This document shows, in pieces, positions 51,777-63,769 of a stretch of 64,000 bases of DNA (position 1 is its first letter; the number at the start of each line of letters is the position of its first letter). This DNA is from Podarcis bocagei (taxonomy: Eukaryota), in assembly GCA_964188305.1 (NCBI GenBank), contig OZ076885.1. The stretch is one strand, 5' to 3'. The notes beneath the pieces were generated by a model. It saw nothing but the letters and a program-made list of their open reading frames with translations. It was not told the DNA's origin and ran no database searches. The translations under genes and the position numbers were made by a program.

Positions 51777-54700
51777 TGAAGTTGTTGTTTTTTACAATCA
51801 AGTGATATATATATATACGCCGTAATAAAAATGAAGAAAATTCAGAGAGTTCCTAAGAATTTTTTTTCTTTATTCCCCCCCCCCAAAAAAACTAGGTGTG
51901 TCCTCTGGGCCGGTGCGTCCTATGGGGCGAAAAATATGGTATTTCCCCCCACCTCTTGACCAATGCCACTTCTCTTACTTTTCCTTGTTCCTTCCCTGTG
52001 ACCAGCAGAAATAAAGTAAGCTGTGGAAAACATTGAAATCTCTGCACCTTGCTTTGAATTCATTATTTCTTAGCAAGGCCCAGTTAGTAATGAAGGTCTC
52101 AGTGTTTTCTTTAGCTCACACAGAGATTTCACTCTACTTATCTTACTTTTCTGTGTATAAGACTAGGGTTTTTTTTACTAAAAAAAATGTTTAAAAGGGG
52201 GTAGTCTTATACACGGGGGCAATCTCTCCCCCATTTTCTTAATTTTAAGTCCCCCAAAATAGGGATCATCTTACACATGGGGGGGGGTGTTATACATGGA
52301 AAAATACGGTACTTTTCAGAACAATTCAGCTCTCCATGCCTGGTCCTCACTCACCTCTCTATAATCAGGGTCATGGATTCTGGGCTCTGTCATCTCAATG
52401 CGCTCTTCTCCCATCAATGGCATGCATGTGTCAACTGCATGGTTGTGGTGGTGATGGTGGTTTCCTACCATAGAGTTCATGCTGGAGTTGGATTGGTTCC
52501 GGGGAAAGAATACCTCCTTTTCATCATTAGGGTGGCTGAAGAAATAATGCGGATGTTAAAGGAACTACAGGACAGTGGCCAGCTTTCTTTGGCTAAAGTT
52601 TATTGCAGCTCAGAGCTTGACCAAAATGAAAATATGCCTTTCACATCATTTATTCCTGTTGTGTCCACAGCAACAAATCCCTGCTCATCTATTTCCCTGC
52701 TTCCGTATCCCCATTTTCCTGACCTTTATATACCCCAAAGTCTTGGTCTCCCTGCCCATATATATCTTAAGCTATGAGTTCCTTTCACCACCACAACTTC
52801 ACTTAGAGATATCCATTTCACTGCCCCAAGACAGCCAACATCTTTATGTATCTCTAGTTCCTAAGAGGACCTCAGGAACCTCATCAGCTCCCCACGAAAA
52901 AAATTATCCTGTTCTCACCCAACTCCCTCTTGCCATTCCTGGTCTTTTTGTGCAGTCTTTTATGTATTTATACCACTGTTCACTCTTCCTTAATATTCAG
53001 CAGCTCTTCCACATGTGACCCTGCCACTCAAAGCCCAACCTGCTGTCTTTCTAATGCCAGCACATTACTTACCTGTGCTTGAGCAGCAGGGCCCTGAGCA
53101 CATTGGCTCTGTCTTCAGCCTTGATCTGGTCTGATATTATCATGGTTTCTACCACGAGGTGAGCAATGCCAGGTAATGTTGTTTGCTCCAGGTCCAACAA
53201 AACAGCTCCTGGGATCAGGAAGACCAATAGGTTTAGGTCATGTAAGATCACTGAAGAGATTTATCAGGCACAAAGTATCTCAGACTGTTGTCTCCTATCA
53301 TTTTTCCTGTGCAAAGGAAATTTTAGCTCATACCACTTTGCTTCTGACAGCAGTAACAGTGCTGTATCTCAATGACTCAGGGCATTATGTTGCTCACTCA
53401 CAAAAATGTATCTGTATCCCACTGCATGGGATTTCACACATCACTTAATCTACCCAGAATCTCCCATGGAGTATTTCTCCCTCAACAGGACTTTCCCCCT
53501 CACCTTCCCATCCCACATCCTAAACCTGTTCTAGGGGCTCCCTCAACCATCCAGAGCAGATTTAGGGGGCATAGGGAGTGCACAGGAGGAGGAGGGGGGA
53601 AGTCCCATTGTGCGGGTGGACCTCATTCTTTGCACACAACAACTTAGTTGAATCCTGCCCTAAATCTTCAATTGGATCTGAACCTCTTGTGAGAAAAAGC
53701 AAACCTTTTCGGTGGCCTCCTTCTTAGCCCAAGACTTCAGTGTTGCACATTCAGCTGCGGGACCAGGCTGCCATGAATGATGGAAAAGATATCCTGGCAA
53801 TCAGAAGACAACCCACAATTGTCTACCATTCTCTCTCTTTCCCTTGAGAGAGTCTGAATCATGAGAGATCTTGTTGATTTGTGTCTTTTGTTTGCAGGTT
53901 GGGATATAGCTTTTATCAAGGTCTTGTCAACATACATCTCAGGACAAAAGCCCAGCCCCACCTTGGTTACTCACCATGGGCAATAGTCTTCCTGAGCTCC
54001 AGAAGGCTGCGAAAGGACAGTGAAGCCACATGAGGCTTCCCCCATCGTGCTGTGTCCTCCTCCACATCCTCCTCAAATTTGATCCAGCGCGCTGTCTCCT
54101 TCCAGTGCATGTCCTGGTTCTTCTCCACCACTAATTCATTCAACTCCACAAATACCTGTCAGAGGAAAGAAAGGGAACTGAACTGCAGCTGCTTCCTCTG
54201 TCCAAGTTCTTTCATGAGAATAGCCTACCTAGCACCTATTGCTGTCGTGGGGTGGTGCTCTTTAGCTCTGTCCTCTTAGCACCAGAAATCCCTGCTGATA
54301 ACAGAATGCTTAAGACCTGCTATGAGAGAATAGAGATAACTTCAGTGGAAATATGTGCCTGCCTTCATCCTGTGAATCTGATACAGCCTATGGGCCAAGA
54401 GTACACAAAGAATATTACTGGAGCAGGTCTAGATTCATATTATCTCAACTGTCTCTAAAGATTTAGGGCTCATCCACACTTCTGCTTTCCCTCAGGGAAA
54501 ATTACTTGGACCTGTGCTTTCTAGGCATGGCACAAGCAGAAAATGTGGGTGAGCCCTTAGTTTCCCCTTCCAGGCCAGCCATTTCTCCTCTTGAAATAGG
54601 GCATCTTGTATCAAGAGAGACCCAAAGAGCACAGATTAGGATAAGACTACTTACCTATACTTACCTACTTGCCATGAACTCTGTAGACACTGCTTCAGCC

Positions 54701-57700
54701 TCACTTTTGGGTAACACAGTCTTATAATGACTATAATTACTGCCTCTGTGGGAAACAATTCACCAACAGGCAACATGGCCAGCACCTGACTGAAGCTACC
54801 AATTTTGCCTGTAGATTGTAAGGTCTCCACAAGGCAGGGCCATTACCTCGTGGGGCTTCCTGTCAAGCTTCTTCTTCTTCTTCTTCTTCTTGACAGACTG
54901 TGAAGTCAAAGACTTTTTGCTGCTTCTGGTAGTCTGGCTCCGGGAGGGTTTCTTCACCAGATGTCTTCTTACTCCTGGATTATCTTCAAAACGGTGGCCT
55001 AGAAAAAAGGCAGGGCAGGAGAAAGGGCAAGCAGAAGAATGAAGAGAAAAGCAACTTGTCCTTCTGTAGCCAGGGTTGTCTGTATGCCATGACTACAACC
55101 ATGGGAGCATAGTCAGAAATCCGAGCAGCTCAGCTTTCAGCCCCATGTTTCTAGCCCTAAGAGATGGGTAAGCCATACTAGGTGAAAACTTGGCAGTCAG
55201 AAGAGGGATGAGCAAAATTTCTGCTAGCTCAGGCTGGGGCATGGAGGCAGCGTTCTGCATAGCTCCTTCCTTCCCCAGCATGTCTATAAGAAACAGAATG
55301 AAAAATGAGCCTATTCATTTTAATTTGCTTAACACAAAACACAGAATTAAGCTTTTCTCAGTACACAGCTTGGATAACCTGGGTATGGACTAGGGGTGTT
55401 ATGGTTCCTTTTTAAAGTAGAGCATACACAGCCCCTCGCTTTTCAGGATTCTGTGGTCTCAAGGTAGCTATGAAAATGTCCCACAAGGAGCCAGGCCATT
55501 GATCTATCTTGATCAGTACTGTTTACTCCAAAAGGCAGCAGCTCTCCAGCCCTTCTACCCAAGATGCTTCTAACAGGAGACGCTGGATGCTGAACCTGGG
55601 GTTTTCTGCATGCAAAACAAATGCTCTACCACTGAGCAATGGCCCCTCTCTGTCCTTGTCTTACTCTACATTCTGACTGTGAAGCGTTTGCAACACAGCC
55701 AGGAAACAGAGGCTTTATTCCCACACATTTGTCCCTGAACACTCTTCCTGAGCAGGTGCAGGTGCTTATGCAATAGATCTCTATCTCAAGAGAGGCACAG
55801 ATGACTACTGTGATATACTCCATGAAGCATGGCAAAACCTCTGCTCAGCTACAATTTGTTTTGCTGTTTGTTTTCTGGGAGCTGCAGGAACAATGCCAAG
55901 GCAGTGGGGGCACATAATGTGCTTATCTGTGGCTGCCAGGGAGCGGGGAGAAGGTTTTTCAGGGCTTTGTAAGTGACAGTATAGGAATGGAATTTTATTG
56001 TATCACAGGTATACAGGCACACCCTTTATTATTTTATCTATTACATTTTTTATCATCATCTTCTCCAAGAAGCTCTGGCAGTACACAGTATTCTCCTGCT
56101 CCCATTTTATCCTCACCACAACCTTGTGAGGCAGATTAGGCAGTGAGTGACTGCCCCGTGGTCACCTAGTGAGCTTTGTAGCTGAGTTGGCGTTTGAACC
56201 TGGATCGTCCTAGTCCTAGCCCAACACTGTATCAGGCTGACTCTCCCCACAGCAAACATTTTGACATCTGATTGTCATGCTTTTGAATATTATAATTTGC
56301 CCCCTCTGATCAGCATGTTTTTGGAAAACAGTCCACATTTTAGAAGAACTAAATATTCACATACATATGTTTGCTATTTGAATATTATCACATAGTGATA
56401 AGATCATTCATATAACTGCATAGTTTAGAATACACAAGGCTGAACTTGGTTTCACAAGATGAGATGTTACAGAACAAACTTTATTCTGTTTTGCTTTGTG
56501 GTACCCTCACATAAATAAATAAAATACCTAGGGCGTAATCTATCAAAAGTTAAGAATGCAAAAGCCCTGCAGCATGAGGCCAAAGGCCCACCTAATCCAG
56601 CATCCTGCTCTCGGGGGGGGGGGGTCTGCCAGATGCCTATGGGAAACCCACAACATGAGCTCTCTCACCATACATGCTCCCCAGCAAATGGTACCGAAAG
56701 GCATGCCAATACTGAAGACAGTACACAGTGATCATAACTAGTAGCCACTGATAGCCTCGTCATTAATTTACCTAAACCCTGTCCACGTTGGATGGCAGCA
56801 AATTCCACAGGATAGCTATGTGAATTCCACAGGATGGCTCCATCTACTTTGAGATGGAGAGAAAAACTTTTCTGCATCCACCTTCGCCTCACCATGACTA
56901 TACCTCTATCATATTCCCTATTACTTACCTTTTCTCCAACTAAAAAGCCTCAAATGTAACCTCCCCTCCAAAGGTAGTTCTTCATCACTGCTCCCCCCTC
57001 CTTGATCACTTGGTTATCTTTTTCTGCTCTTTTTGCAGCTCTATAACATCCTTTTTTGAGGTGAGGTGACTAGAGTATACAGTACTCCAGCTGCAGTTGC
57101 ACCACAGAGTATTGTAACAGCATTATCAAACTGGTAGTTTCATTTTCAATCTCTTTCCTAATGATCTCAAACATGGAATTGCCTTTTTTTCCAGCTGCTG
57201 CACATTGGGCTGCCATTTTAATTGAGCTCTGCACCGTGACCTCGGGATCTCTTTTCTGGTTAGTCACTGTCAGTTCAGACCCTAGAAGTTAGGGTGGGGG
57301 AAATAGCCTAATGTGCATCACTTGACGCTTGCTGAAATTAAGCCTCATTTGCTATTTTACCCATGTCCAGTGTGGAGCTTTTGGAGCTCCTCACAACTCC
57401 TTTTTGCTTTTACCACCCTGGACAATTTGGTGTCACCACACTCTTCATTCCAGATCATTTATGAACAAGTTAAAAAGCAACTTTTTCTGCCTTTCTGTTC
57501 TCCCACATCAAAAAGCAGGCAGTGTTTAAGGTAGTGTCTGCCAATGTCTAGACAGGCCTTGGGAGCTAATGCCAGAGCAGACATTCTCATGCCATCGGTT
57601 CAAATGCTATAGTTGAGGGCTTCTCTGACCTAAAATGGGGGCTGTGGTGTGGTCTCTCTCAGAAAACAGCTGAGAGGGGTTGATTAAGTTAATGGTTCAT

Positions 57701-60700
57701 GCCAAGGGCAACTGTTCAGGGGTTCTCATTTTTCCCCAACAGCAGTGGAATTACTGAAAGGTAGCATAAATTATGAGCAATACAGCACTTCTGGACAGTA
57801 TTGCCCAAGTGTTCTCAAGATAGTTCAGCTATCCATGCCCTCTTTCTATTCTTCATCTACTTTTAATAAATCTTGGGAGTATGAAATGCAGTAGAATCAT
57901 AGAGTTGGAAGGGACCCCAAGGGTCATGTAGTCCCAACAGCTTGCAATACAGGAATCTCAGCTAAAGCATCCATGACAGATGGTCATCCAACCTCTGCAT
58001 AAAAACTTCCAAGGAAGAAGAGTCCACCACCTCTCATGGGAGTCTGTTCCACTGTCAGACAGCTTACTATCAGAAAGCTCTTCCTGATGTTGTGTCTCCT
58101 TTCTTGTAATTTAACATTTATTTATTTATATATTGCATTAGCCATGTGGCCATAGCATGATATACATTAAAATAACAACATAAAATGGGGTTGGGGAGGT
58201 AAAGGTAGATATCGTCCTGGGCGATTACTTAGAGAAAGAAAAAAAAAACTGCTGAGGCTGGAGGAGGACCGTTAAAGGGTCCTTCGGCTCCTCAGATTTG
58301 TCCTAACTCGATTGTCCTTGTACAATAAGGCTACTTGGAATTTCGTTCGATTGTGCGGTGTGTCGCCTGCAGCTGTGGTGTTAAGGAAAAAGTTAGTGCC
58401 GCTTTCCTCTTCATCACACTAAGCAGGAAGTTAGCTGTCATCTCGGTAATCCAACAATCAGAATCCTGCAAAAAGAGGGACACTATCCAAGGCTGGATTG
58501 GGAGATGGAATTTATTCACGAGGGGAGTTAAAAACCGAGATCTTTCATCTGTCCAGTTGGGACAGAAGAGCATTACATGTTCCATAGTCTCTAGGGACGT
58601 GTCATTACAGGTGCATGTTCTATTTGCGATGGGAACTCTGGAATAACGACCCGAGAGAACTGCTGTAGGAAAACAGTTGAGACGGGCACAGGTAAATTTC
58701 TTGTAATTTGAATTGATTGGTTCAGGTCCCAGCCTCTGGAGCAGGAGAAAGCAAGCTTGTTCCACGTGACAGTCCTTTAGATTTTTGAAGATGGTCATCT
58801 TATCTCCTCTCAGTCTCCTCTGCAATGCTAGGATTCACTCCCCTGTTCCACATTCTCATGGGAAGGACCATTTTACAGCCTGACACCTTGGAAATCTGGG
58901 TCACTAACACTGCAATTCTATGCACGCTTACCTCAGTGTAAGTTCCATTGAACTCAATGAAGCTTGCTTCTGAGTAGACATATACAAATTGCACTGTAAA
59001 TTAAATATAAACAAAATCTATACATTGCCGGAGGGATTTTCCTCCCACTGGCTGTGCGCCTGATTTGAGGCCTGTTGACAGCTGGATACCACACCATCCC
59101 ATTTACAGCTACATAAGAGTGACAAAAACCAATAAGTGCTCATCAATACTAATGCACTCTAGCTGCTTGGAGCTGCTATTCTGGGGTCATATTATATGTA
59201 GTGCTCATAATTTCAATAGGCAAGTTGTACAGTTCATCTGGAGACAGAAATAACATCTGAGGGCAAATATATGTGCAATACAGGTGTATAACTCGTGTAC
59301 TTTGTAAAATGTATAAAGCATGTCAGGTGCGATTGTTTGACTATTATAAACATAGAGAATAATATTAGCCTACTCACATGTCAGTCACATACATCTGTGT
59401 CCCCCTCCCATGCCTGACATCCCCTTGGAGAGGGATTAAGCAGTGCAGACAGAAGTCAAGTTTGGTGCTTCAAGAACAAACAGATCTGATGTGGGAGGTC
59501 CATAATAAGATCTCCTGTCTTCTTAAAAAAAATATTAAATGGCATGTGGTAGCTGCAATTCTGACTGCAGCAGTCTCTTCCCCCAGTGCTGTTTTATTGA
59601 TGTAAAACCTTTCTGCCCTTAGCACCACATGGGAAAAGTACATGTATCTGTATGGTGCCTATATTCCGCCCCCTCAAAAGGGCCGATAGCAGCTTTAAAT
59701 TGTAGGATTTAGACATGCCCTAAATCAGCCAGAACTCCAATGAGCAGCATAGAAAACATTTCTCCTGTACGTCCCAAGATCAGAGCTGCTCACTTATTTC
59801 TCTCACTATGTATTCATGATGGAAATTGACCTGGGAGGCTGTGGGCCCCAAAGGAAAGTCTTTGGATAAATAAACACTGCAAGCCCCCACTCTGCTTCTC
59901 AGCCTGGGCTGACTCAATTCTAGCAAGTACGCTATGTGGTTCTGTCCAGCACTGATAATAGGAACTCCTGGGTGATAAATTAAGACCCAGGGTTTTATGT
60001 GCCACAATATGGTTTTAGTGCATATGAGTAGGATTACAAGATGTGTGTTTCACTGTGAGTGTGTCTTCAGTAGAATCAGCATATGTTGCACTTTATAATA
60101 TATGTTATAACATTATGCTCATATATCAGGATAAACAGCTTTATGATTTCTTCTTGTGAATGTAACATCCCATGCCAACTCTGATTTGGTTTGGTTTAGT
60201 TTTATGTGCTTGTCTCGTGACAGTTTATTTTGTTACTTGGGTTATATGGATAAAAATCAACGAAAATAGTTTTTTTAAAAAAGAACAACATGACGCTCGT
60301 GTAACTGTAACCAAAAGCCGTATTTCTAGAAAATACAAATTACAACCTAGAATCAAACTGCAAAATCATGAGCACAACTATTTGTGTATGAATGAGGAAG
60401 TATACACTGTCATTGAATGTCTTCAGCCTCCCATCCTTTGTAGATTTGTACAGATAGACTCCATACCAAAATAACATAAATGCCTGAAAGTTTGTTTATG
60501 GGATAGGGCAAGGTATAACTTCCCTGTGCTCTGTATCTACCCAGGGGTAGACAGGATGACCAGATGCAAAGAAGGACAACAGTTCTGTACCTTTAATAAT
60601 TCTGTAGAAGGATTTTTTTTTTTTTTTTGGTTACTTGTCACACAGGGATGAGATTGTCTGCTATTAAAGGTCCTGACCTCTTTTGAACCTGGTCACCCAA

Positions 60701-61015
60701 TCAAGACTAGACTCTAAGCAAAGTTGAGATCAGGTTGTGTGAGGGAATGTGCATATGTGCGCGTATAAGTCTCAGCAGGTACTTACGGGTGGGGTCCAAG
60801 TTAGGGTAGCCCAAGTGGTTCTGGATGGCCTCCCATAGGTCATAGTCTTCAAAGTTGAGCGCAAACTCCTCAAAGTCCTCATAGCCAAAAGAGTTACCGA
60901 CACAGATGGCTATCCCTACTTCTGAGCTGTCTCCTACTCCTGTCTCCTTCACTGCATCCTCTCTGTCTGGAACAGCCATTGCTATGTCCTTAAGAAGGTG
61001 GGAGTCGAGGGGCAT
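39868..61015 (-). CDS. SLC4A3: Anion exchange protein 3 (AE3, band 3 family Cl-/HCO3- exchanger), 18-exon cardiac-type model of 3090 nt / 1029 aa; full-length (brain-type) upstream exons lie beyond the right edge
   Basis: All introns GT-AG with consistent phases. AE3-diagnostic sequences [28 protein letters not shown] and C-terminus [25 protein letters not shown]. Confidence 0.96.
40209..40382 (-). CDS. SLC4A3: SLC4A3 exon ([14 protein letters not shown]...ERELKA)
   Basis: 174 nt, AG/GT boundaries. Confidence 0.97.
40661..40830 (-). CDS. SLC4A3: SLC4A3 exon (LSIVMG...[14 protein letters not shown]...[10 protein letters not shown])
   Basis: 170 nt, AG/GT boundaries. Confidence 0.97.
41222..41475 (-). 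CDS. SLC4A3: SLC4A3 exon ([19 protein letters not shown]...[13 protein letters not shown])
   Basis: 254 nt, AG/GT boundaries. Confidence 0.97.
41918..42084 (-). CDS. SLC4A3: SLC4A3 exon (KLNVPS...LIFMETQIT)
   Basis: 167 nt, AG/GT boundaries. Confidence 0.97.
42471..42712 (-). mobile_element. Tc1/mariner-type MITE, family A (inverted), in an SLC4A3 intron
   Basis: Same TIRs and TA flanks. Confidence 0.9.
43295..43384 (-). CDS. SLC4A3: SLC4A3 exon ([30 protein letters not shown])
   Basis: 90 nt, AG/GT boundaries. Confidence 0.96.
44106..44312 (-). CDS. SLC4A3: SLC4A3 exon (VFTEHPLL...QPNTALLS...RFLGGK)
   Basis: 207 nt, AG/GT boundaries. Confidence 0.97.
44495..44689 (-). CDS. SLC4A3: SLC4A3 exon ([17 protein letters not shown]...ETFYKLYK)
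   Basis: 195 nt, AG/GT boundaries. Confidence 0.97.
45945..46093 (-). CDS. SLC4A3: SLC4A3 exon ([14 protein letters not shown]...[15 protein letters not shown])
   Basis: 149 nt, AG/GT boundaries. Confidence 0.97.
46680..46830 (-). mobile_element. Degenerate 5S rRNA-derived SINE (SINE3-like)
   Basis: Reverse complement GCTAAAGCAAAGTAGGTCTGACTTTGATCAGTTCCTGGATGGGGG resembles the 5S A/IE/C box region, followed by an L2-type tail. Confidence 0.5.
47543..47767 (-). CDS. SLC4A3: SLC4A3 exon (...DDPLKRTG...[13 protein letters not shown]), start of the membrane domain
   Basis: 225 nt, AG/GT boundaries. Confidence 0.95.
48066..48282 (-). CDS. SLC4A3: SLC4A3 exon ([16 protein letters not shown]...VQEAK)
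   Basis: 217 nt; the donor G|GTCTCT is weak but phase-consistent. Confidence 0.9.
48669..48984 (-). mobile_element. Sauria SINE inside a (TA)n array
   Basis: GGTAAAGGGACCCCTGACC tail; (TA)n on both sides. Confidence 0.9.
48985..49032. repeat. (AT)n microsatellite (also 48592-48610 and 48632-48668)
   Basis: Seen directly. Confidence 0.95.
50118..50302 (-). CDS. SLC4A3: SLC4A3 exon (GCVQFLEQP...[16 protein letters not shown])
   Basis: 185 nt, AG/GT boundaries. Confidence 0.97.
51409..51508 (-). CDS. SLC4A3: SLC4A3 exon (KNMHLHS...[17 protein letters not shown])
   Basis: 100 nt, AG/GT boundaries. Confidence 0.95.
51745..51776. repeat. (GCTT)n microsatellite
   Basis: Seen directly. Confidence 0.95.
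52355..52535 (-). CDS. SLC4A3: SLC4A3 exon ([13 protein letters not shown]...HDPDYRE)
   Basis: 181 nt, AG/GT boundaries, phase-consistent. Confidence 0.93.
53073..53208 (-). CDS. SLC4A3: SLC4A3 exon ([23 protein letters not shown]...LLLKH)
   Basis: 136 nt, AG/GT boundaries. Confidence 0.97.
53975..54155 (-). CDS. SLC4A3: SLC4A3 exon (VFVELNEL...[15 protein letters not shown]...TIAH)
   Basis: 181 nt; band 3 cytoplasmic domain signature [10 protein letters not shown]. Confidence 0.97.
54847..54998 (-). CDS. SLC4A3: SLC4A3 exon ([19 protein letters not shown]...[15 protein letters not shown])
   Basis: 152 nt, AG/GT boundaries, AE3 motif. Confidence 0.95.
56545..57480 (-). mobile_element. Degenerate CR1 LINE 3' portion
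   Basis: Remnant ORF ([23 protein letters not shown]...LEYC) and CR1 3' UTR motifs. Confidence 0.8.
57893..58825 (-). mobile_element. CR1 LINE 3' end split by a nested LINE
   Basis: TAGAATCATAGAGTTGGAAGGGACCCC tail; ORF end [18 protein letters not shown] resumes after the insertion. Confidence 0.85.
58113..58696 (-). mobile_element. 5'-truncated LINE (RTE-X-like) encoding a C-terminal CCHC domain
   Basis: FTCARLN...GRY...RTCTC...[11 protein letters not shown], (TAAA)n tail, perfect 13-bp target duplication TTTCTTGTAATTT. Confidence 0.8.
60787..61015 (-). CDS. SLC4A3: SLC4A3 candidate cardiac (cAE3) alternative first coding exon, 76 aa
   Basis: ATG at 61015, acidic ORF ending ...[22 protein letters not shown], donor C|GTAAGT in phase 1 matching the acceptor at 54998. 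Position and size match the known cAE3 architecture. Confidence 0.75.
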
Positions 61016-63769
61016 GTGATAATCACAACATTGGCAAGGAGCAGGACTTAGCAGGTGGACCCTTTTTCTGACTGAAGCTCTTCAGGCAGCACACAATCCA
61101 GGAAGCTGCTAGGTCCAGTATTCAGGATTTCTTCTGACAGGATTTGAGAGGAAATGCCAGCATACGTCATCTAGGCAAGTGAAAAGTGTAAAGACTTCCC
61201 CTGCTTGCTTGGAGTCCAAAGGAGCATATATGTATCCTTGCTCGCTGCCACAGCTCAGTAGGAAGTTTGCTGCAGGAGATCCAATACATGTGCTGCTGGA
61301 AGAGGTTCCTTGGCTTGTGGCACTGCCTGTTGTGTCCCCCCCACACTCTTTTGGTGTCTCCTCCCACTGAAGCCTGGAAAGCAGCCTATTGGCTTTTCTG
61401 TGTCCTGGGGCTCAGAGCTGGCATTTCCATGACGTATCTTCTGTGCTCTCACATAGAAAGAACCAGCATATGGGGAGGGACATGGCATAGAGCACAGCCC
61501 ATACATGCACATGTACATAAACTGAATCCTAATGCCTTTGAAACTTTTCGGCAATTGCAACAACACTAGACCCTCTGAGCAGGAAACTGGATCTAATGTG
61601 GCCACTCCCTTCAGGAGATAAAATGCATAGATCTCTCAGAAGACAAAAGGTTGCTGATAACTCTGAGCCAAGAAAGTCAGTAGGGAAAATAAAAGTCCTG
61701 GGAAGATACAGGGCCTGCCTGACCATCTCAGAATTCCATCCAGTCAATTATGGATGGACAGCATCTTAAGACATAAACTCATAAATCAAAACTGAGCCCT
61801 TGGCAACAGAAGACCACATCTAGACTGGCCAGAGCTATAAAGGAAGTTAAGTATTTCAAGACTTTTTCTCTAGTGCACTAAGGCCTAGAGAATCCTCACC
61901 AGTGGATTCCGAATACAGTGCTGGGAGTGTAGGTATGAACTAAGCTGAAGAATGAATGGCAAAGTTCCATGTAGACACTGAACATGTATTTTTCTGGCCC
62001 TAGTGATTACAGTGGTGTTTCCTTAAAGTACTGTTGAAAGAAACAACTCAGAAATTATTTGCCCTGGTAGTTTTGGGCTGGCAAGAGGATATAGTAGATA
62101 TTACAGAACTATTGCCATTGACCATTGACCCACCTCACCCTGGTATGAACAGGATATTATGCAGGAATCAAACCCTGAAAAGGAAGTGGATTTGTAAACA
62201 AGAGTTATAAGGGAACCTTGTTTGATTTAACTATGATTTGTGTCAGCACACAATAATGCAAACCATGTTTAATATGGGGACAGGAAAGGAGGGGGAAGGA
62301 AGGGGAAATTATTCCCAGAGTGGAGAAGAAATGTGGAAGGGGTTCTAAACACTTGATTTTGGGGAGATAAAGTTGGGAGCCTGACACACTGCACTATCTG
62401 TGTAAGGGCCAAACTACACATGATGCTAAATGTATCTTTGCATTTAACATGTAATGATTATCCCATCCAGCCCTGAGAGGAAATGTAACCATTTTCTTCC
62501 CTGCTGTGGTCCTGAGAAAAAGCCCTTTTCTAAAAATGCTATTTGCATCAGCAGTCACAGATAGATGCCTAGTCGGCTTAATTCAGATGATTCATATCCA
62601 TCAATCTCCCCACACAACCTATTTCAGTCTGCTTCCTTCCTGGCTTTGGGCCAGACTTGTCAAAAGCAAGCACCCAACTTCACCTTTGCAGAGGTAATGG
62701 CAGTGCTTGGCACTCACAGGGAAGGATCTGTGGGTGGAAGAAAGCAGTGTTCAGACCATCCCTTGTCTGCTGATTATCCTCTGAAAATGCCCCTAGGTAG
62801 CTACCCTCACCCCCCAATTAGACTAGTTTCCAGTTTCCAGTTTTTAGCTCCAGGGAAGGGAATTAATCAGTCCAAGGGAAGGACACTTCCAGGGGAGAAT
62901 CAGCAGGTGGAAGGCTGCACGCTCCCATCCTGCCTGCTGATTCACCCCCGGAAATGCCCCCCCCCCACTCCCCACATTAGTGTTATTTTGAGAATTCTGT
63001 GTTTCCCTTGCAAGTTCTAGTTTGACCCCTCCATGCCTGAATAATTTGACAAGAGTCTTTACCAGATCTTGCTCTCCTGCTTCCCTGCCATTTACTCATT
63101 CCTTGTGGCATTTGTGTTACATATGAATGTTGTTAACATGAGATACATCACCGAAGAAAAACTAGGTTTTACATTCATATCATACATTTTCAGCACAAAT
63201 TTATTTAAGCCTCACAGCTAAGGGTATCCTACGAGTTAATTTCAAAATATAAGCTAAGTTCCCATTATTTTATTTCAGCGCAGTTCTTTTTCTTACCTCT
63301 ATTCCAGACTCGCACACCTTATATTCCTTTCAGTAAAGTCATTGCACATTTTAAATAAACCTTTAAGGCAGTGTTTATGCACTGAGACTATCTAATGACT
63401 TACAGCAACATTTAGGATATTTTTGACATATTCAGGAGGGCCTGAATAGAGAGACTTTTTCTTCCTTTCCTATAATACTTGAACTTGGGGGCAGTAGTGG
63501 AAGGCATGGCAGGGTGGCAGCACTCGCCTGACTTCCCAATAGCTGAGTCCCTGCTGCTTACCAGGAAGGAGAGGGGGAGGGGGAAGAAGTCCAGCAAAGC
63601 ACAAATCTACTGATGGAGCTAATCTGCCACTCCTGCCAGTATGTTTGCACTGTGCTGAATTTCCTACTGCTCCCCCACTCCCCTCCTTTCCCATTTAGCA
63701 GCAGCAACTCAGCTGTTTGGAGGTCAGGTGAGCATCACTGCCCAACCACACTGTCTGCTATTGCCTAGA

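Noticed and set aside
39868-54998. SLC4A2 (AE2) or SLC4A1 as the exchanger identity
   Set aside because: [38 protein letters not shown] and the C-terminus [12 protein letters not shown] are AE3-type.
58331-58825. 164-aa ORF as a gene
   Set aside because: Chimera of a CR1 ORF2 end and a nested LINE C-terminus, delimited by a target duplication.
63100-63400. Degenerate L1 ORF2 3' end
   Set aside because: Only a short LKLTRRI-like resemblance in AT-rich DNA; too weak to call without an alignment.
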